Assembly (NCBI RefSeq): GCF_016433145.1
Contig: NC_058130.1
Span: 679,760,621 to 679,824,620 of the forward strand
DNA length: 64,000 nucleotides
DNA from: Gracilinanus agilis
Taxonomy: Eukaryota
Direction: 5' to 3'
Shown: piece after piece, positions 63,080 to 64,000 of the stretch
How positions within the stretch are numbered: position 1 is the stretch's first letter
Layout: each line of letters begins with the position of its first letter
Position numbers and translations under genes: made by a program
The notes under the pieces: model-generated
The model's database searches: none
What the model was told of the DNA's origin: nothing
The model's input: the letters and a program-made list of their open reading frames with translations, nothing else

Positions 63080-64000
63080 ATGCAAAACAAACATTTTTTA
63101 AAGTGCCCTCTATGTAAGCAACACAGGGCTAAGCAGAGGAGAGATACAAAGGTTCAGTAAGACATGTTTCCTTCAGGGGCTTACAGTCTAGCAGGGGGGA
63201 TGGGGGGATAAAAGCTGATTGCAAAATACTGTACAATATTTCATCTGTAGATTAGGGAGCTAAAAACAAAGTTTGACATTCAACCTGGAGAACTGCAGAA
63301 GATCTTATGGAAAGGATGACATTTGAGCTTGAAAGGAAAGGAATTCAATGGTGAAGAGAGAGCTGAAATAGGAAACAGCCTAGGCAGTGGAAGAATGGAG
63401 CACATGCTAGGGGCACAGAGTTGTCCAGTTTGGCAGAGATATGGAGGGCATTTACAGGACGAATAATGAAAGAAATCTAGAAAGGTAGAAGCATCAGGCT
63501 GAGGGCAGTCCTGAATGCTATGCAGATTCATCTGAACTTGACTATGTAGTCAATAGGGAGCCATCGAACATTTTTTAAGAGCAGCAATGAGAGCATATCT
63601 CTCAGGTATGAATTCACCTCTTGCCTAGACTGTTATAATAGCCTTCTAACTGGTCTTTCCTGCCTCAAGTTTCTCTCTTCTCCAATCTATCCTCCACACA
63701 GCTGCTGAAGTATTTTTCTAAAGCCCAGATCTGCCTCTGCCATCTCTCTTATTTATCACACCCCAGTCTCTCCCTATTGCCTCAAGAATCAAATAAGAAG
63801 TCCTCTGTTTGGCTTTTAAAGCTCTTTTGAACCTAGCCCCTGCCTGCTTTTCCAGTCTTCTCACAAATTACTCCCGTTCCATATATATTTTACAGTTCAG
63901 CTCTTCATTATTCCTCACACGTGATACCCTCTCCTGTGTCTTTGCACCGAGCATCCTCCTACCTGAAATGCTCTCTCCTTCCTTTCCGCTTCTTAGACCC
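63080..64000. mobile_element. L2 fragments (- 63080-63530, + 63600-64000)
   Basis: Standard L2 3' sequence, e.g. aatagccttctaactggtctttcctgcctcaag. Confidence 0.8.

Noticed and set aside
1-64000. CRISPR arrays, rRNA, true tRNA/snRNA genes, prokaryotic systems
   Set aside because: None seen. Recurrent ~30-bp motifs are SINE CORE sequences, not regularly spaced repeats, and tRNA-like segments are SINE heads.

Overview
AT-rich mammalian genomic DNA, almost certainly from a didelphid marsupial (opossum). The evidence is about 16 copies of the opossum-type SINE (SINE1_Mdo/Opo-1-like), CORE-SINEs with RTE-like tails, marsupial L1 3' ends, RTE, L2, L3/CR1 and MIR. The first ~740 bp are a CpG-island promoter. 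It carries a probable non-coding first exon on the minus strand (donor at 204/203), so that gene runs out of the window to the left and I cannot name it. The other ~63 kb is repeat-dominated upstream or intergenic sequence. I recognise no host protein-coding exon, and nearly all ORFs in the track are chance ORFs or ORFs over repeats and N gaps. Most notable: (1) a truncated ERV (LTR + PBS + leader) retaining a ~146-codon ORF for a small putative membrane protein; (2) two solo LTRs, each inserted into a SINE with clean 4-bp TSDs; (3) an unexplained exact 20-bp element and an RFX-like 11-mer, each present twice ~1.6 kb apart in a motif-rich unique region; (4) several nested insertions with TSDs; (5) weak candidate spliced exons on the minus strand. 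I found no convincing new biological system. Repeat family names come from recalled consensus features, not a database search, and repeat boundaries without TSDs are approximate.
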